A stretch of DNA of 51,609 bases from Macrostomum lignano (taxonomy: Eukaryota): NCBI GenBank assembly GCA_002269645.1, contig NIVC01004289.1, forward strand, positions 1 to 51,609. Reading direction: 5' to 3'. The position numbers were made by a program, and so were the translations under genes. The notes under the pieces were generated by a model. It had not been told where the DNA came from and did not search any database. It saw only the letters and a program-made list of their open reading frames with translations. Positions within the stretch are counted from its first letter, which is position 1; the number at the start of each line of letters is the position of its first letter. Below, in pieces: positions 16,671-28,830 of the stretch.

Positions 16671-17277
16671 GTCATGTAATCATGAATTTTTTGCACCATG
16701 TGGTCCTATGCAACAACCATGAATTAATTTTCGTTCCATCTCTACACGAAGTCCCGCCGAAAGCATGCTTTTCCCATTTCCGACAGTCATAAACCAATTA
16801 ACTGCAGCAATTAAACAAAGCTAACCCCTCTTTCACACCAGCCACAATGGCCTTGAAATCCCAAGAATCGAATACAGATATGCACCACCGCACGTTGGTT
16901 TCGTGCAGCGCACGCAGCAACATTGACTGAGCGGCCATATAACTCCATAATCATTCATATTGAGGATCTCGAATTTGAAGGAAAATAATAAATACGGGAT
17001 TTACAACCGCCCTTTACTTTGCTTTCCCGTTCGAGCTTTTATTCGAGTCGGTTTTGCGAGCTGAAAAAAAATTGCATTTTGAAATTCAATCCCTGCTTTC
17101 TTTGCAAGACACAATAAAACAGTAATAAGATTGGGATCCATGTGCTACATGTACACGGCTCTTATTTCCCTAAATAAACCAAATCGTTTGTAGCTCTGTC
17201 TGCGATGGCTGGAACTTTTAATGGTTTTTCAAAACAAGTTTCAACGCTGGACAAACTTTCTGCTACGAATTCCCGAA

Positions 17278-17710
17278 TGCTGGCGCCTCTGGTGCTGGCG
17301 CCTCTGGTGCTGGCGCCTCTGGTGCTGGCGCCTCTGGTGCTGGCGCCTCTGGTGCTGGCGCCTCTGGTGCTGGCGCCTCTGGTGCTGGCGCCTCTGGTGT
17401 TGGCGCCTCTGGTGCTGGCGCCTCTGGTGCTGGCGCCTCTGGTGCTGGCGCCTCTGGTGCTGGCGCCTCTGGTGCTGGCGCCTCTGGTGCTGGCGCCTCT
17501 GGTGCTGGCGCCTCTGGTGCTGGCGCCTCTGGTGCTGGCGCCTCTGGTGCTGGCGCCTGGTGGTGTTAAAGCCCCTGGTTCTAAAGCCTCTGGTGCTATT
17601 GTCCCTGGTGCTATTGTCCCTGGTGCTAACGCCCCTGGTGCTAAAGCCCCTTGGTGCTAAAGCCTCTGGTGATAAAGCCTCTGGTGCTAAAGCCCCTGGT
17701 GCTAAAGCTC
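17278..17710. repeat. 15-bp minisatellite (TGGCGCCTCTGGTGC)
   Basis: About 18 near-perfect copies to ~17560, then degenerate ctaaagcc(t/c)ctggtg copies. Confidence 0.95.
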
Positions 17711-17820
17711 CCCGAATTTAGCCTCAAGGTATCCTGTGTCCTAATAAACCTTCAAGCACTTCAACATTTGAGCCATTGATCAACGTCTCCCATCCCAAAT
17801 ACCCCTTGTTCCCCATGCAG

Positions 17821-18201
17821 GTTTGGTTCCAGAACCGGCGCACCAAGTGGCGCAAGAAACACGCCGCCGACAATGCCGCCACATCGCGCCGACCTGGCGC
17901 CCAGCACCCGCCGCCGCCGCCGACAGGGCCGCCAACCTCGTCGTCGACAACGACAACTTCGTCGGCAGCTTCTGTCGCTGCGGCAGCCGCCGCAGCTGCC
18001 GCTGCAGTTGCCGCCTGCGGCAGTCGACGGCATCAAAACCGACGCTCTGTTGTCGGAGACAGCGACGGCAGCTGCGGTCTGCTCCAGGACGACGAGACCG
18101 ACGGTCAGGACCAAGACGACGATGTAGACTTTGTCGACTGCTGCTCGAACTCGAATGCTTCATCACTGGCTGACGGTGAAGCCGGAGCCGTTCCTACCTG
18201 A
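17821..18201 (+). CDS. nkx6: Nkx6 coding exon 3 (helix 3 and acidic C-terminus)
   Basis: Acceptor ccccatgcag at 17820; VWFQNRRTKWRKKHAAD completes the Nkx6-type homeodomain; stop TGA at 18199-18201. Exons total 981 nt, i.e. 326 aa. Confidence 0.96.
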   Translation, partial: VWFQNRRTKWRKKHAADNAATSRRPGAQHPPPPPTGPPTSSSTTTTSSAASVAAAAAAAAAAVAACGSRRHQNRRSVVGDSDGSCGLLQDDETDGQDQDDDVDFVDCCSNSNASSLADGEAGAVPT

Positions 18202-19670
18202 ATTTTTCTGCGGCTAAGATGATGTTATTTTAAGAAATAGTTGAGAATGCACCAGTTTTTTGAGTCCTGCATGGACAGCCAGAGCAGAGTGTCAAGGAGG
18301 GCTTGAACTTTGTGGTGTTCTCGAAATTCCTGTCGGTCATTTATAGGCTCATACGCTCAGGATCTTTAAAATTGAGTTAACCTAACAAAATTAACAGCGT
18401 CAAAAATAGCGTTAGTTTGAGTCCAAGTTGCGCCACTAAACTTACCCCCCCCAAGTCCGAGGTCTCAAATGACTTTTAACTCATTTCTCATATGTTCTGT
18501 CTATGAGATACATATTATCGCAATAACCTATATATGTTTGTCGATATATTTGATTTGCTTCGATGTCCATCTTGATCCTCAATGTCTCTGCATGTGTGTG
18601 TCCCCATGGAGCTATACCTTCCGTCTTTCTTTGTTCCCATTTGCCTATCGTAGCTTCACTATTCATCAAACTTCAATGATTGTTTTTCTCAATGCCGGTT
18701 TCAAATTTTTATTTGCTGACTCAGCAATGCAGTTTGATTTGATTCTGCTATGATATTTGATTTTACTTGTGAAAGAGTTGTTCAAAGCTGTTCAGAGGCT
18801 ATTCCCCCACATGGATAACTGAAGGACGGTGGACATGAGCTGCTAGGCCAGTAGCTATAAGGACAATGCTCTCGGGAAATCAGTTTTTTCATGACCTATT
18901 TTGTCTATGGCCTCCCTGCTCATTTCTAAGAAATCTAGTATACACATTTTGACTCACTGCAATATGTAGACTTTTACCCTGCAATTGTACTTTAAAAAAT
19001 GTGCAATCGTAAATTGCACCAATCCATATTTCACTACTCATTTCTCTAATAACGAAACTATTTTTGCAGTAGTCAATTCCTGTCTATATCTATAAATGAA
19101 TTGAAATTGCCTGTTTAATCTTCCTCGACCCCCCTCATTGCTTTGTTTGTTTTGACTGATGCATAATGTAAAACATGAGTCATCTATTACAGTCAGCTAT
19201 GCTTCCAAACTCTCTCAAAGTTATTACCTGAAGTTTTACGTTAATTGTACGCACGCTGTTTACGCGTTAATGTTATTTAATTCAAAGTCTACCCAAGCAT
19301 ATTATAGCTACCGCTGCCTGAGCGGCTTTTGCGCACCCAACAATGGGCCGAACTTATATGCTTATACAGTGCTATAACATATAATTATACTAAGTTGCTG
19401 CTGTTAACATTCTTGCAGATAATCTCATCATTTGATAGTAGAATATATATAAATAAACCATGTAATAAAACAATTTCTTATCTTATTGATCGTTATTGAT
19501 AATAATTTGAAAATTTATTTTTACGGTGGACCTGCACCACGTCGCAACTTCTCTAAAAGTGATGATTTAAAGAGTCAAGAGTCTGTAGCTACAAAATTAG
19601 CAACGGATAACCACTTTTGAGAGCTTTTCTGTAGCAATCATTTTCTATGAAACTTATGAACAGCCGTCTA

Positions 19671-20541
19671 TAGGGAATACAATCCCGAGATTGACCATTG
19701 GGATCCCGATCCGGCTTTGCGGTAATTAAATCATTAATTCGCGAATAGTAGTATCTGCAGCTGAGATACTTGTCAGTTGAAAACCATAACCCAGTTGTCC
19801 TACTTTGATTTCTTAATCTTGTAAGCATGCAGGCTAGTGAGTAGAGGTTATAGGGCTTCACGGATACAAAACTGAAGCTGTTAGCAGGTCGTAATTTACG
19901 GTGTAATAATCCCTACCTTCAAAACTCCTTGGCCGTAGTTGGGATTAGAACAGTGGGACCTTGCTATCGGACCACAAACCAAGCTACCCATTCTCCATCT
20001 AGGGCGGGTGCCCCTGGGATGGTGATGTCTGATCCCCTTCTAACCTGGTGTCAGTCAGTACCTGGGACCATAGCTCAGTAAGCTACCTGGTATCATTCCC
20101 CAGGTTGCATCACAATCAACTGTGATTTTCCTGAGCTGATACTGGCATGTAAAAAAGCACATCTTACGCCAGCGCGTACATCACACTCCAATTCAGGGCT
20201 CACTGTCAGTTTCTTGTTTGCAATTTTTTTTCTACATTTATTATTGAAAGCCCTTTAAAACCAGGTTAGAGGGCTTAGTAAACCGAAATTGCACCAACAA
20301 TTAGATTTGAAACTTTTTCAATCCCGGGATCGGGATCCCGGCCCAATTTGTCGGGATCCCAAAGTCAGATATCTCGATCCCGTGAGTTCTGGGATTGGCA
20401 AAGTCAGATATCTCGATCCCGTGAGTTCTGGGATTGGCAAAGTCAGATATCTCGATCCCGTGAGTTCTGGGATTGGCAAAGTCAGATATCTCGATCCCGT
20501 GAGTCCCGGGATTGGGAAAATTCGGGATTTTGTATTCCCTA
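19671..20541. mobile_element. Non-autonomous hAT-like MITE
   Basis: TIRs tagggaatacaa(aa)tcccg; 8-bp flanks gccgtcta / gtcgtcca (6/8); internal 4 x 39-bp repeat at ~20361-20516. Confidence 0.75.
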
Positions 20542-21374
20542 GTCGTCCATTTGATCGTCATTAATTAGCAACCATTGTCTCTAGTAAATCTGCATCTGCG
20601 TAAATCCGCGTCTGTAAAGAGGTTGAGGAGCTTTTGTCTATGGTAAAACCTGCCTCGTGCAATTCATTCTGAAGCCTTCCTGTGGCAGTCGTGGCGATAA
20701 ATTTCTCTAGCCAATCACGAGCCTTGATGAGAAATTTATCGTGTACGTAACATTTAAAAGCTGTACATGCAGCCTTTCGAGTTGCACTGTTTTTCTGGAA
20801 TACTTACATAAGTATATGCAGATAAGGCTTCCTCAACTGCTCTGCCACCGTCCTGTGCATGGTCAGATACAGACGTAGTTGGTTTTCGTCACTTCCTGAG
20901 AGCCGCTATATTTTTAATCGGAAGTGGGGAAGAGGGAAGATTGCTCTTCATACGCTCGATCATTTGAATTGAGGTTCTGAATCAACAATTAGATTTTTGC
21001 ACATGCAGTCAGTAAATTATATTTGACGGAATCGTCTGCAGGCGCACAAAATCAGAATTTTATTGTTTCGGTTGGAACAAAATCGATTTTTTGCGCAATT
21101 TCCGCTTCAAAATGGGATTTAGGAACGTTGTTGCTATTACCGAATATCTTGTTACGCTTGCTAATAAGTGTACTCGTATTTTTATTTTCAATAAAACCGA
21201 TAGAATTGTAGAAATCATTCTTATGGTACTTGTGAATTCATGAATCATTTTTGAGGGGCTTAAAATATTTAGGATTTAGTGTAAAGGTTTTATAATATTT
21301 TGTTTAATGTAACTACTTCGTTTTGCTTGTTTCAGGTAAATATAGCTATACATGTACGAGTACTTCTTTAGAGG

Positions 21375-21697
21375 CAGGGGTTCGCGGGCCACATCCGGCC
21401 CGCAAAGCCTCTCTATCCTTTGAAACCGGCCAGCTCAAGGTTGGTGTCTCTCCTCAGCTCTCTTTTCTCTAATCTCCTCTCTCTTTTTCTTTCCTCTCTC
21501 CTCTCTCATCTCTCTTCTTTCCTCCTCATCTCCTCTCTTTTTGCCTCGTCTAGCCTCTCGCCTCTCGTCTCTGCTTTCTCCCAATGTCTCATATCTCACC
21601 TCTCTCCTCCTCTTTCCTCTCTCCCTCCTCTCGCCCGTAGTTATACGCTAGATTCTCTATCTGGCCATTGAGGTAAAGAAAAGTTGGCCGACCCCTG
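21375..21697. mobile_element. hAT/Charlie-like MITE with CT-rich interior
   Basis: Ends caggggtt...acccctg; ctttagag on both flanks (one extra g on the left). Confidence 0.75.
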
Positions 21698-21979
21698 CTT
21701 TAGAGGCAAAATGCATTAATTATTGGTAGTGTCTGTCTATTTGGGACTCATACCCACAGTCCACACCCCAGGCGCTGGTCTTTGTCTGGCCGCACGGTCA
21801 TCACTGTACGCCCAATGCCCACAAAAGTCTGCCTGTCTGCACCCCGCACCCCAGCAAGCAGAGGCCTGGTTGGGATTGTGCTACCCCTGCAGGGGAGCAG
21901 TCGAATAATTATAAAACAGCCTGCGAGGTTCACAAACACATTTTGTCTTTCATTTCATTTCATTTGGAGTAAGATCGGC

Positions 21980-22620
21980 ATGGTGGAGCCTTTCGAGGAG
22001 GGAAAAGACTGGTTGCACCTACGAGGAGCGCCTCGCCCTCTATATGAGCGCAAACAGAGTCAAGGACGAGAGCCAGAAGAAAGCGGTGTTTTTACTTTAA
22101 TCAGCCGCCAAAGCTCTGCGAGTGCGACATTACGAAAACTGTGCTCGGGAGGGAAGCCTTCTTCCGAAATTCCCGAGCGGTCATTGCCGAGCGGTTTCGC
22201 TTCTACAAGGACGGAGGGTCGGTCAGTTGGCGGCGCAGTTCTGGAGGAGACCTGCAGCATCGGCACCTTTCTGGAAGACGCACTGCGTAACTGCTTCGTC
22301 AGTGGACTACGGGAGCCGCAAGTGAAAAAGCGGTTGTTGAATGACACCCTGACGCTCGAGAAGGCAAAGGAAATCGCTCAAGCAGCAGAAATCGCGCGGA
22401 AGCGGAGGCCAACAGCTGGCGCGCCAAGTTGGAGGTCAATCTGGTCGGTAAAGCCGCGTCACCCTGCATGCGCTGCGGCTCCAGGCAGTACCTGTCGACT
22501 GAGTGCGAAAACCAAGTGTCACGCCTATGACAAGCTGGGCCACTTGAAGGTCGTCTGTCTAGCGAGTCAAAAGACCAGCGTTGGAAGGGCCCTAGCAGTC
22601 AACAGCGCGACTTGAACTTC
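21980..22620 (+). pseudogene. Decayed Ty3/Gypsy (Mag-like) gag
   Basis: MVEPFEEGKDW, LEDALRNCFVSGLREPQVKKRLL, TLTLEKAKEIAQAAE and a degenerate knuckle (CHAYDKLGHLKVVC); frameshifted. Confidence 0.7.
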
Positions 22621-22889
22621 AGTGGCCACAAGAACAGGAAGCCTATCAGGGCCGTCTATCAAGACGAGAGCGAGGAGGAGCCCTGAACCCGCGTCGGTGA
22701 AAGGGTCTCCAAAATGGGCCGGTTTCGTCCCGTGAAGCGTTATCCGTTCTCAATCGGCCAGTGCAGGCGACTCTGGCACTGGCCGGACCAAATGTACCGC
22801 GCTCTCTCAACCCGGGATTGCGCTTTCTGTGCAGCGTTGAACTCTGTTGGACTTCCTCAAGCGCATTTTTCCTTTGAGGACCACTTAAG

Positions 22890-25723
22890 CCGGCTTGGCT
22901 GGCTCGCCTCATCATCATCAGAGCCAGAGGCGTTGAACGAAACCCAGGACCGCCGAAGATCTACCTGTGTGGACGTTGCAAGCTGCGCATTCACGCTTCT
23001 TTCCCGTCGGTAGTCTGTAATAACTGTCAATCCTGGCTCCACTTTGCAGAGTTAAAGACGTCAACTGCGCTGGGATCCCCGCCTCCGGTTGGAGCCCAGC
23101 CTACATCGGCCCTGCTGTCCTAATAGCAGCCTGACGCCCAGCAGCAACACTGCACCGACTGTAACCTTTAACGCCAGCACCTCCGCCGGATCTTTACTTA
23201 CCATAAATAAAAAACTTGAAAGGCCCAGTTCTAAAAAATCAAACAAAAAAGAAAACAACGACGGTGTCAACAGCAGCACTCAAACCAGCACCCCAGCCAA
23301 ACCTGCCGCCTCAGCTAACATCAAAGTTCTTCAATGGACCGCCAATGGAATTAGCAACAAAATCAAGGAGCTCGAATACCTCAGCCGCAACGTCAAACCG
23401 CACGTGATCGCCATCCAGGAGACTGAGCTCACTAGCAACGCCGCCGATCCTGTTCTACCCGGTTACTCCTGTGTCCATTCAGACCGCCTGCGCTCCAAAG
23501 GTGGCGGCCTCCTCCTCTACATCCTCGACTCCATCCGGTTCAAGCCCGCCAACTGTGCCGACCTCGCTCCCGAACCAGTAGAAGCGCAAGGAATCGACCT
23601 TCATTGGACGAGCAACCACGTCATTCGGGTCTTCAACACTTACTTCCCGACCGTCAGCAGCTGCGCCACCGGTTTCATACCTGACATCAGCATGCTACTC
23701 TCACCGACACGCCAACCATCGTCTGCGGGGACTGGAACGCTCACCATGCCGCGTGGGAGTCCGACCTCGACTCCACCCCTCGTGGTGATTTGCTGGCCAG
23801 CCAAGCTAAAGCAGTCCCGTACGACTTCCTATCCGTACCGGTACAATCAAGAGTCCCAAGCCACAGACCCCCAATGTCATGGCAGTACACCAGCCGCTAC
23901 TTCTCAGCGCGAGCACTCCATCCTGCCAACGCTCTCTAGCGGCCACCTGCCGATCCTCTCCTGTTTCGGCCAGATCGCTGGGGGCCACCAAACGCTGCTT
24001 AATTAATTTCCGCCGCGCCAACTAGAACCTCATCAGCTCTATGCTGGATGACTCGTTGTCCAACTTCAGCACCGACGGCAACGCCCACGGCGTCGAGAAA
24101 AGCCTTCGCCGGCTCATTCTGAAGGCGATGATGGCAGCCATCCCAGAAGGCAGATTACAGCGCCAAGAAACCTCGTCTTGTCCGGCTGAAATTCGCCACC
24201 TCCAAACAAAACGTGACAAGCTGCGCTGTGCCGACCCCAGTAACCCACAGATCCCTGAGCTCCAGAGCCTCATCACCTCACAGGTTGAAGAAGAGCGTCG
24301 CACCCGCTGGAACATCAGTTGTGGTGCATCATCATCGGGCCGCGTCACGTCCTCTGCTTGTAATACGGTCCTCAGCTTCGCTGGAAAACCGACCAAGAGC
24401 GACACAGGGGTGGCCAATCGGCTCAATCAACAGTCCACGCAACCGCGAGCGCACTGTGCGAGCTCACTGTAGGAATCCCGCTATGCGTTTCGTCCGCCGA
24501 AAAGTTGCCGCCCTCCCACGCGAAGACCTGACCACCCTGTACTTCTCGAAAGACAATCTTGTTCAGGCCATCAAACGCTCCAAACTTTCGAAGGCCATTC
24601 CATCAGTGCGCTCCTCGGCCCGTTTAATCTTTCACTGCATCATCATAAAATTCCTGCGGTGTGGAAAAAATCCTTGATCTGCCCGCTTATCAAGAGCGGC
24701 AAGCCTCAAGATGATGGCGCCACTTCCCGATCTTGTTCTCCTCGCTTACGAAAATCTTCGAGAAGCTGCTGTTACCTCTCCTGACCGATCACCTGAAGCT
24801 CCCTGCTTGGCAGCATGGCTTCCGCCCGATGCATTCCACTACCACAGCTGTGTGCCAGATCGTTGAGCAGATCGGTGCTGAATTCTGCCAAGCCAAGCCC
24901 CCCGGTGATAACCGGCGCAGTAGCCCTTGAACTTTGATTGCGTTGACCACTGTGAGCTTATCACTGATATTTTTAACTCTGACCTGCCGAACCTTATCAA
25001 AGGCTGCATGGCTGCTCGGACGCCTATAGCCCCCACCGTGCTACGCGACTGTTAGTCCGCCTGGCGCCAAGCTCGCATGGGCATGGCCCAGGGCAGCGCG
25101 ATAGCCCGCTCCTCTTCGCCTTTTATCTGAAGAACACCCCAACGCCGGACAATCCCGACTCCAGCCGTATCGGATACGCCGACGACCTGACTGGCGGCAT
25201 CTTCCCCTTCAATCTCCAACATCCAAGAGCGGCTGAACGCCTACCTCGCGCGTCTGGCGCGTTTCTCGACGCCCGCAAGATCAAGGTCTCGGCCGCAAAG
25301 TGCACGACGACGTTATTCACCCCGACCAGCGTGAATACGCCAGGGCTCTCGAGGTCAACTTTGATGGTGTCGGTCTTCCCCAGGCCCTCTATCCTAAACT
25401 CCTGGGATTCAATCTTGATTCAAAGTGGTTTAAATGCGGCTATCCGGAGCATTACTGGTTGCACTACCACCCACCATGGCCTCTGCCGAACTTCATTGTG
25501 AGACTCAGATGCTCCCTGTCCTCCAGCACAACACAAGCTTCTATCTATTCCGTTCGCCCAGAACACCTTTGTCACAATATTTCCGTTGGCCCGCGGTTCC
25601 ATGCCGGCTCATGAAGCCGTCTATCTTCACGGCACCGCCTTTCAACGCATCCTGGCAGCCAGTCGCCACCCCGGCGGTCCTCGACGACGCGGCAGCCTGG
25701 GACAGAGCGAGGCGAGCACAACA
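22890..25723 (+). mobile_element. Decayed non-LTR retrotransposon, Ingi/Vingi-like (2A-PHD-APE-RT)
   Basis: GVERNPGP (22929-52); CGRC...CNNCQSWLH PHD; APE motifs LQWTANG, IAIQET, GGGLLLY, SGHLPI; RT motifs QHGFRPMHST, QGS, YADD (25175-86), KLLG; many frameshifts; no RNase H seen. Confidence 0.85.
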
Positions 25724-27005
25724 TACGCTTATTGTACAAGACTGCATCGACTGTACATAGACCTCCACAAGGACGACTTACATGTACATGTAGATATCGT
25801 ATGTTAGTTAGTCTTTATAAATAGTCCTTGCCTCCTTGGACTTTCGGTCATTGTGGACCTCAAAGGGTCAAATGAAAAAGTGGAACCAACGATCTTTTAG
25901 AGTATTAGACCCTCAACTGGGCAAGGCCAGCTGGTTTAGCGGGAAAGATTGACTACTGGTGGTAATTTATTTCAAAACTGAAAATAATAGTGATACTCTT
26001 AGTTAAAAACAGTGAAACAATAGCGTTTAGCGTGTTTCTCTGTTTATTTAAACCTGCTTTTGTTAAACGACTCTTTTCGCAAATTTAAAATTTTGACTTG
26101 ACTTGATTCGTTTTTGGTTTTTGACTCACTTATATCTCGTCGTTGCTGCAGCAAGTTTCAGGGTTCACGTTCCAGTGGACTTGCCATTCGTGTACCAGTG
26201 TTATATAAAATTGTATATGTATAGATAAGTCAACATAATCATCGTTAAGTCAGTAGCATGCCGCATATAAGAAGGGTTAAGATTTTAAGATTTCTAAGTC
26301 TCTAACTACAGGACTCCACACTTTAAAGTCTTGAAATTTAAAAGTCTTCTCTAAATTTATTTTTATAATTATTAATATTAAATATATAGCCTAATTTATT
26401 TATTTTTAGACTTAGTTTGGATTCTAATCCTAGGCCTAATTAAATTAATAAATAAAATTTCTAATAGTTTTAATGATAGATTTATAGAAATACTGATTAT
26501 TTATAGATAATAATACTTTTGTCTTTATTTTATATAAATTTTAGGTTTTATTCTATGATAATATTGATTTTTATTAGATTTGCATTTTGATTTGACCTTA
26601 GCCTACTCAATTATCTAATAGTGCTTATCTACCTAGTTAGTTACTAGTATAGTAAGAAATAGGCCCCTAATTATAGCAAAATCTTTAGTTCTTTCAAATG
26701 TGCCAAACTATGTTTTCCTTAGCCTTCTCTTTGCTAGATAGCCTTTAGATATGCCATAGTCCAGATCATATTGGGTGCATGCCTAAACAAACATACATGC
26801 GCAACTGCTGGCCGACCTGGCCGATTCGGCCACCGTAAATCGTGGCTGACCAGGGGTAAGTCGCAAAATTGAGTCAACCAAAAACAGAAAAACACAAGAA
26901 CCAAGAAAGGCAAGAGGAAAGCGAAAGAAAGAGCAGTTCAGGGAAAATAACGAAGCAAAAGAAAAACAATTCGCAAAAGAAGCAAACTAAGTTGTAAAAA
27001 TAATC

Positions 27006-27915
27006 AGGTAAGTCGCAAAAAGGATCAGGTAAGTCGCAACAGGAATCAGGTAAGTCGCAAAAGGGTTAGGTAAGTCGCAAAAAGGATTAGGTAAGTCGCA
27101 AAAAGGATTAGGTAAGTCGCAAAAAGGATCAGGTAAGTCGCAAAAAGAATCAGGTAAGTCGCAAAAGGATCAGGTAAGTCGCAAAAGGATCAGCTAAGTC
27201 GCAAAAGGGTTAGGTAAGTCGCAAAAGGGTTAGGTAAGTCACAAAAGGGTTAGGTAAGTCGCAAAAGGGTTAGGTAAGTCGCAAAAGGATCAGCTAAGTC
27301 GCAAAAGGATTAGGTAAGTCGCAAAAAGGATTAGGTAAGTCGCAAAAAGGATTAGGTAAGTCGCAAAAAGGATTAGGTAAGTCGCAAAAGGATTAAGTAA
27401 GTCGCAAAAAGGATTAAGTAAGTCGCAAAAAGGATTAAGTAAGTCGCAAAAGGGTTAGGTAAGTCGCAAAAGGATTAGGTAAGTCGCAAAAAGGATTAAG
27501 TAAGTCGCAAAAAGGATTAGGTAAGTCGCAAAAAGGATTAGGTAAGTCACAAAGGGTTAGGTAAGTCACAAAGGGTTAGGTAAGTCGCAAAAGGGTTAGG
27601 TAAGTCGCAAAAGGATTAGGTAAGTCGCAAAAAGGATTAAGTAAGTCGCAAAAAGGATTAGGTAAGTCGCAAAAAGGATTAGGTAAGTCACAAAGGGTTA
27701 GGTAAGTCGCAAAGGGTTAGGTAAGTCGCAAAAGGATTAAGTAAGTCGCAAAAAGGATTAAGTAAGTCGCAAAAAGGATTAAGTAAGTCGCAAAAAGGAT
27801 TAGGTAAGTCGCAAAAGGGTTAGGTAAGTCGCAAAAGGATTAGGTAAGTCGCAAAAAGGATTAAGTAAGTCGCAAAAAGGATTAGGTAAGTCGCAAAAAG
27901 AAGCAACTAAGTCGC
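27006..27915. repeat. 20-21 bp minisatellite (AGGTAAGTCGCAAAA(A)GGATT)
   Basis: About 40 copies inside the 2.6-kb element. Confidence 0.96.
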
Positions 27916-28060
27916 AATAAGAGGGAAGTAAGTCACAATCAGAGGCAATCAGGGGGTAGTAGGTGCAAGTGTGGCAGGAGAGCAAAAACAGAATAGAAGC
28001 CTTCAACCACAGACAAGATCTTTGAAATCAGAAGCCCGCGTCATTTCTTTAACTCTGGAG

Positions 28061-28830
28061 CAGGGGTTGGCAAACTCCGGCTCGCGAAGCCCCTCTATCT
28101 GGCCCTCGCCCCTCGGGTTCTTTGAAACTTCCTAACTACGAGTAGCAAGGTTGGTGTCTCTTCAACTCTCATCTCTCTCTTCTTCTCTACCTTGCCTCCC
28201 CTCTTCTCTCTCTCCCCCTTTTCCCTCTTCTCTCTCCTCTCATTTTTACTCTCCTCTCTTCTCCCCTTTCTCTCTACCCTTTCTCCTCAATGCCCTCTTC
28301 TCTCCTCTTATCTTCAGCAAAAATATGTGCATATTTTCTTACTTCAAAGTAGAGGGAATAGAAGATTAGAGATAAGCAAACAGAGGAGAGGCGAGCGATG
28401 CGATGGGAGAAAAGATGGAAGAGGAGAGAAAAGCTGAGGGAGGAAAAAGAGATGAGAGAGAAGAGGAGATTAGAGAAAAGAGGAAAGAAAAGATGATGGA
28501 TAAGATCAGAAGAGAGGAAAGAGGAAAGAGGAGAGAGTAGATGAGAGAAGAGAGGATAAAGAGGAGATGAGAGGAGAGTGAAGAGAGGAGAGATGAGAGA
28601 GTAGAAAAGAGAGGAGAGATAATGAGAGAGTAGAGTGGAGAGAGACGAGAGGGAAGATAAGATGAGAGAGTAGAGTGGAATGGAGAGAGACGAGAGGAGA
28701 GATAAGAATGTAGAGAGGAGACAGAAGAGATAGGAGAGGAGAGGAAAGAGAGGAGAGAGGAGAGGAAAGAGAGAAGGGGTAAGGGATGAGAGAGAAAAGA
28801 AAAAGAGGATGAGAAGATTGAGGAATGGAG
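28061..28830. mobile_element. Charlie-like MITE end plus CT-rich and AG-rich low-complexity blocks
   Basis: caggggttggcaaac start; shares aaggttggtgtctct and a CT filler with the 21375 copy; right end not identified. Confidence 0.55.

Noticed and set aside
22700-22890. HDV-like ribozyme expected at the 5-prime end of Ingi-type LINEs
   Set aside because: Only a loose resemblance (ctctggcactggccggacc); the nested double pseudoknot could not be assembled by eye. A covariance or descriptor search is needed.
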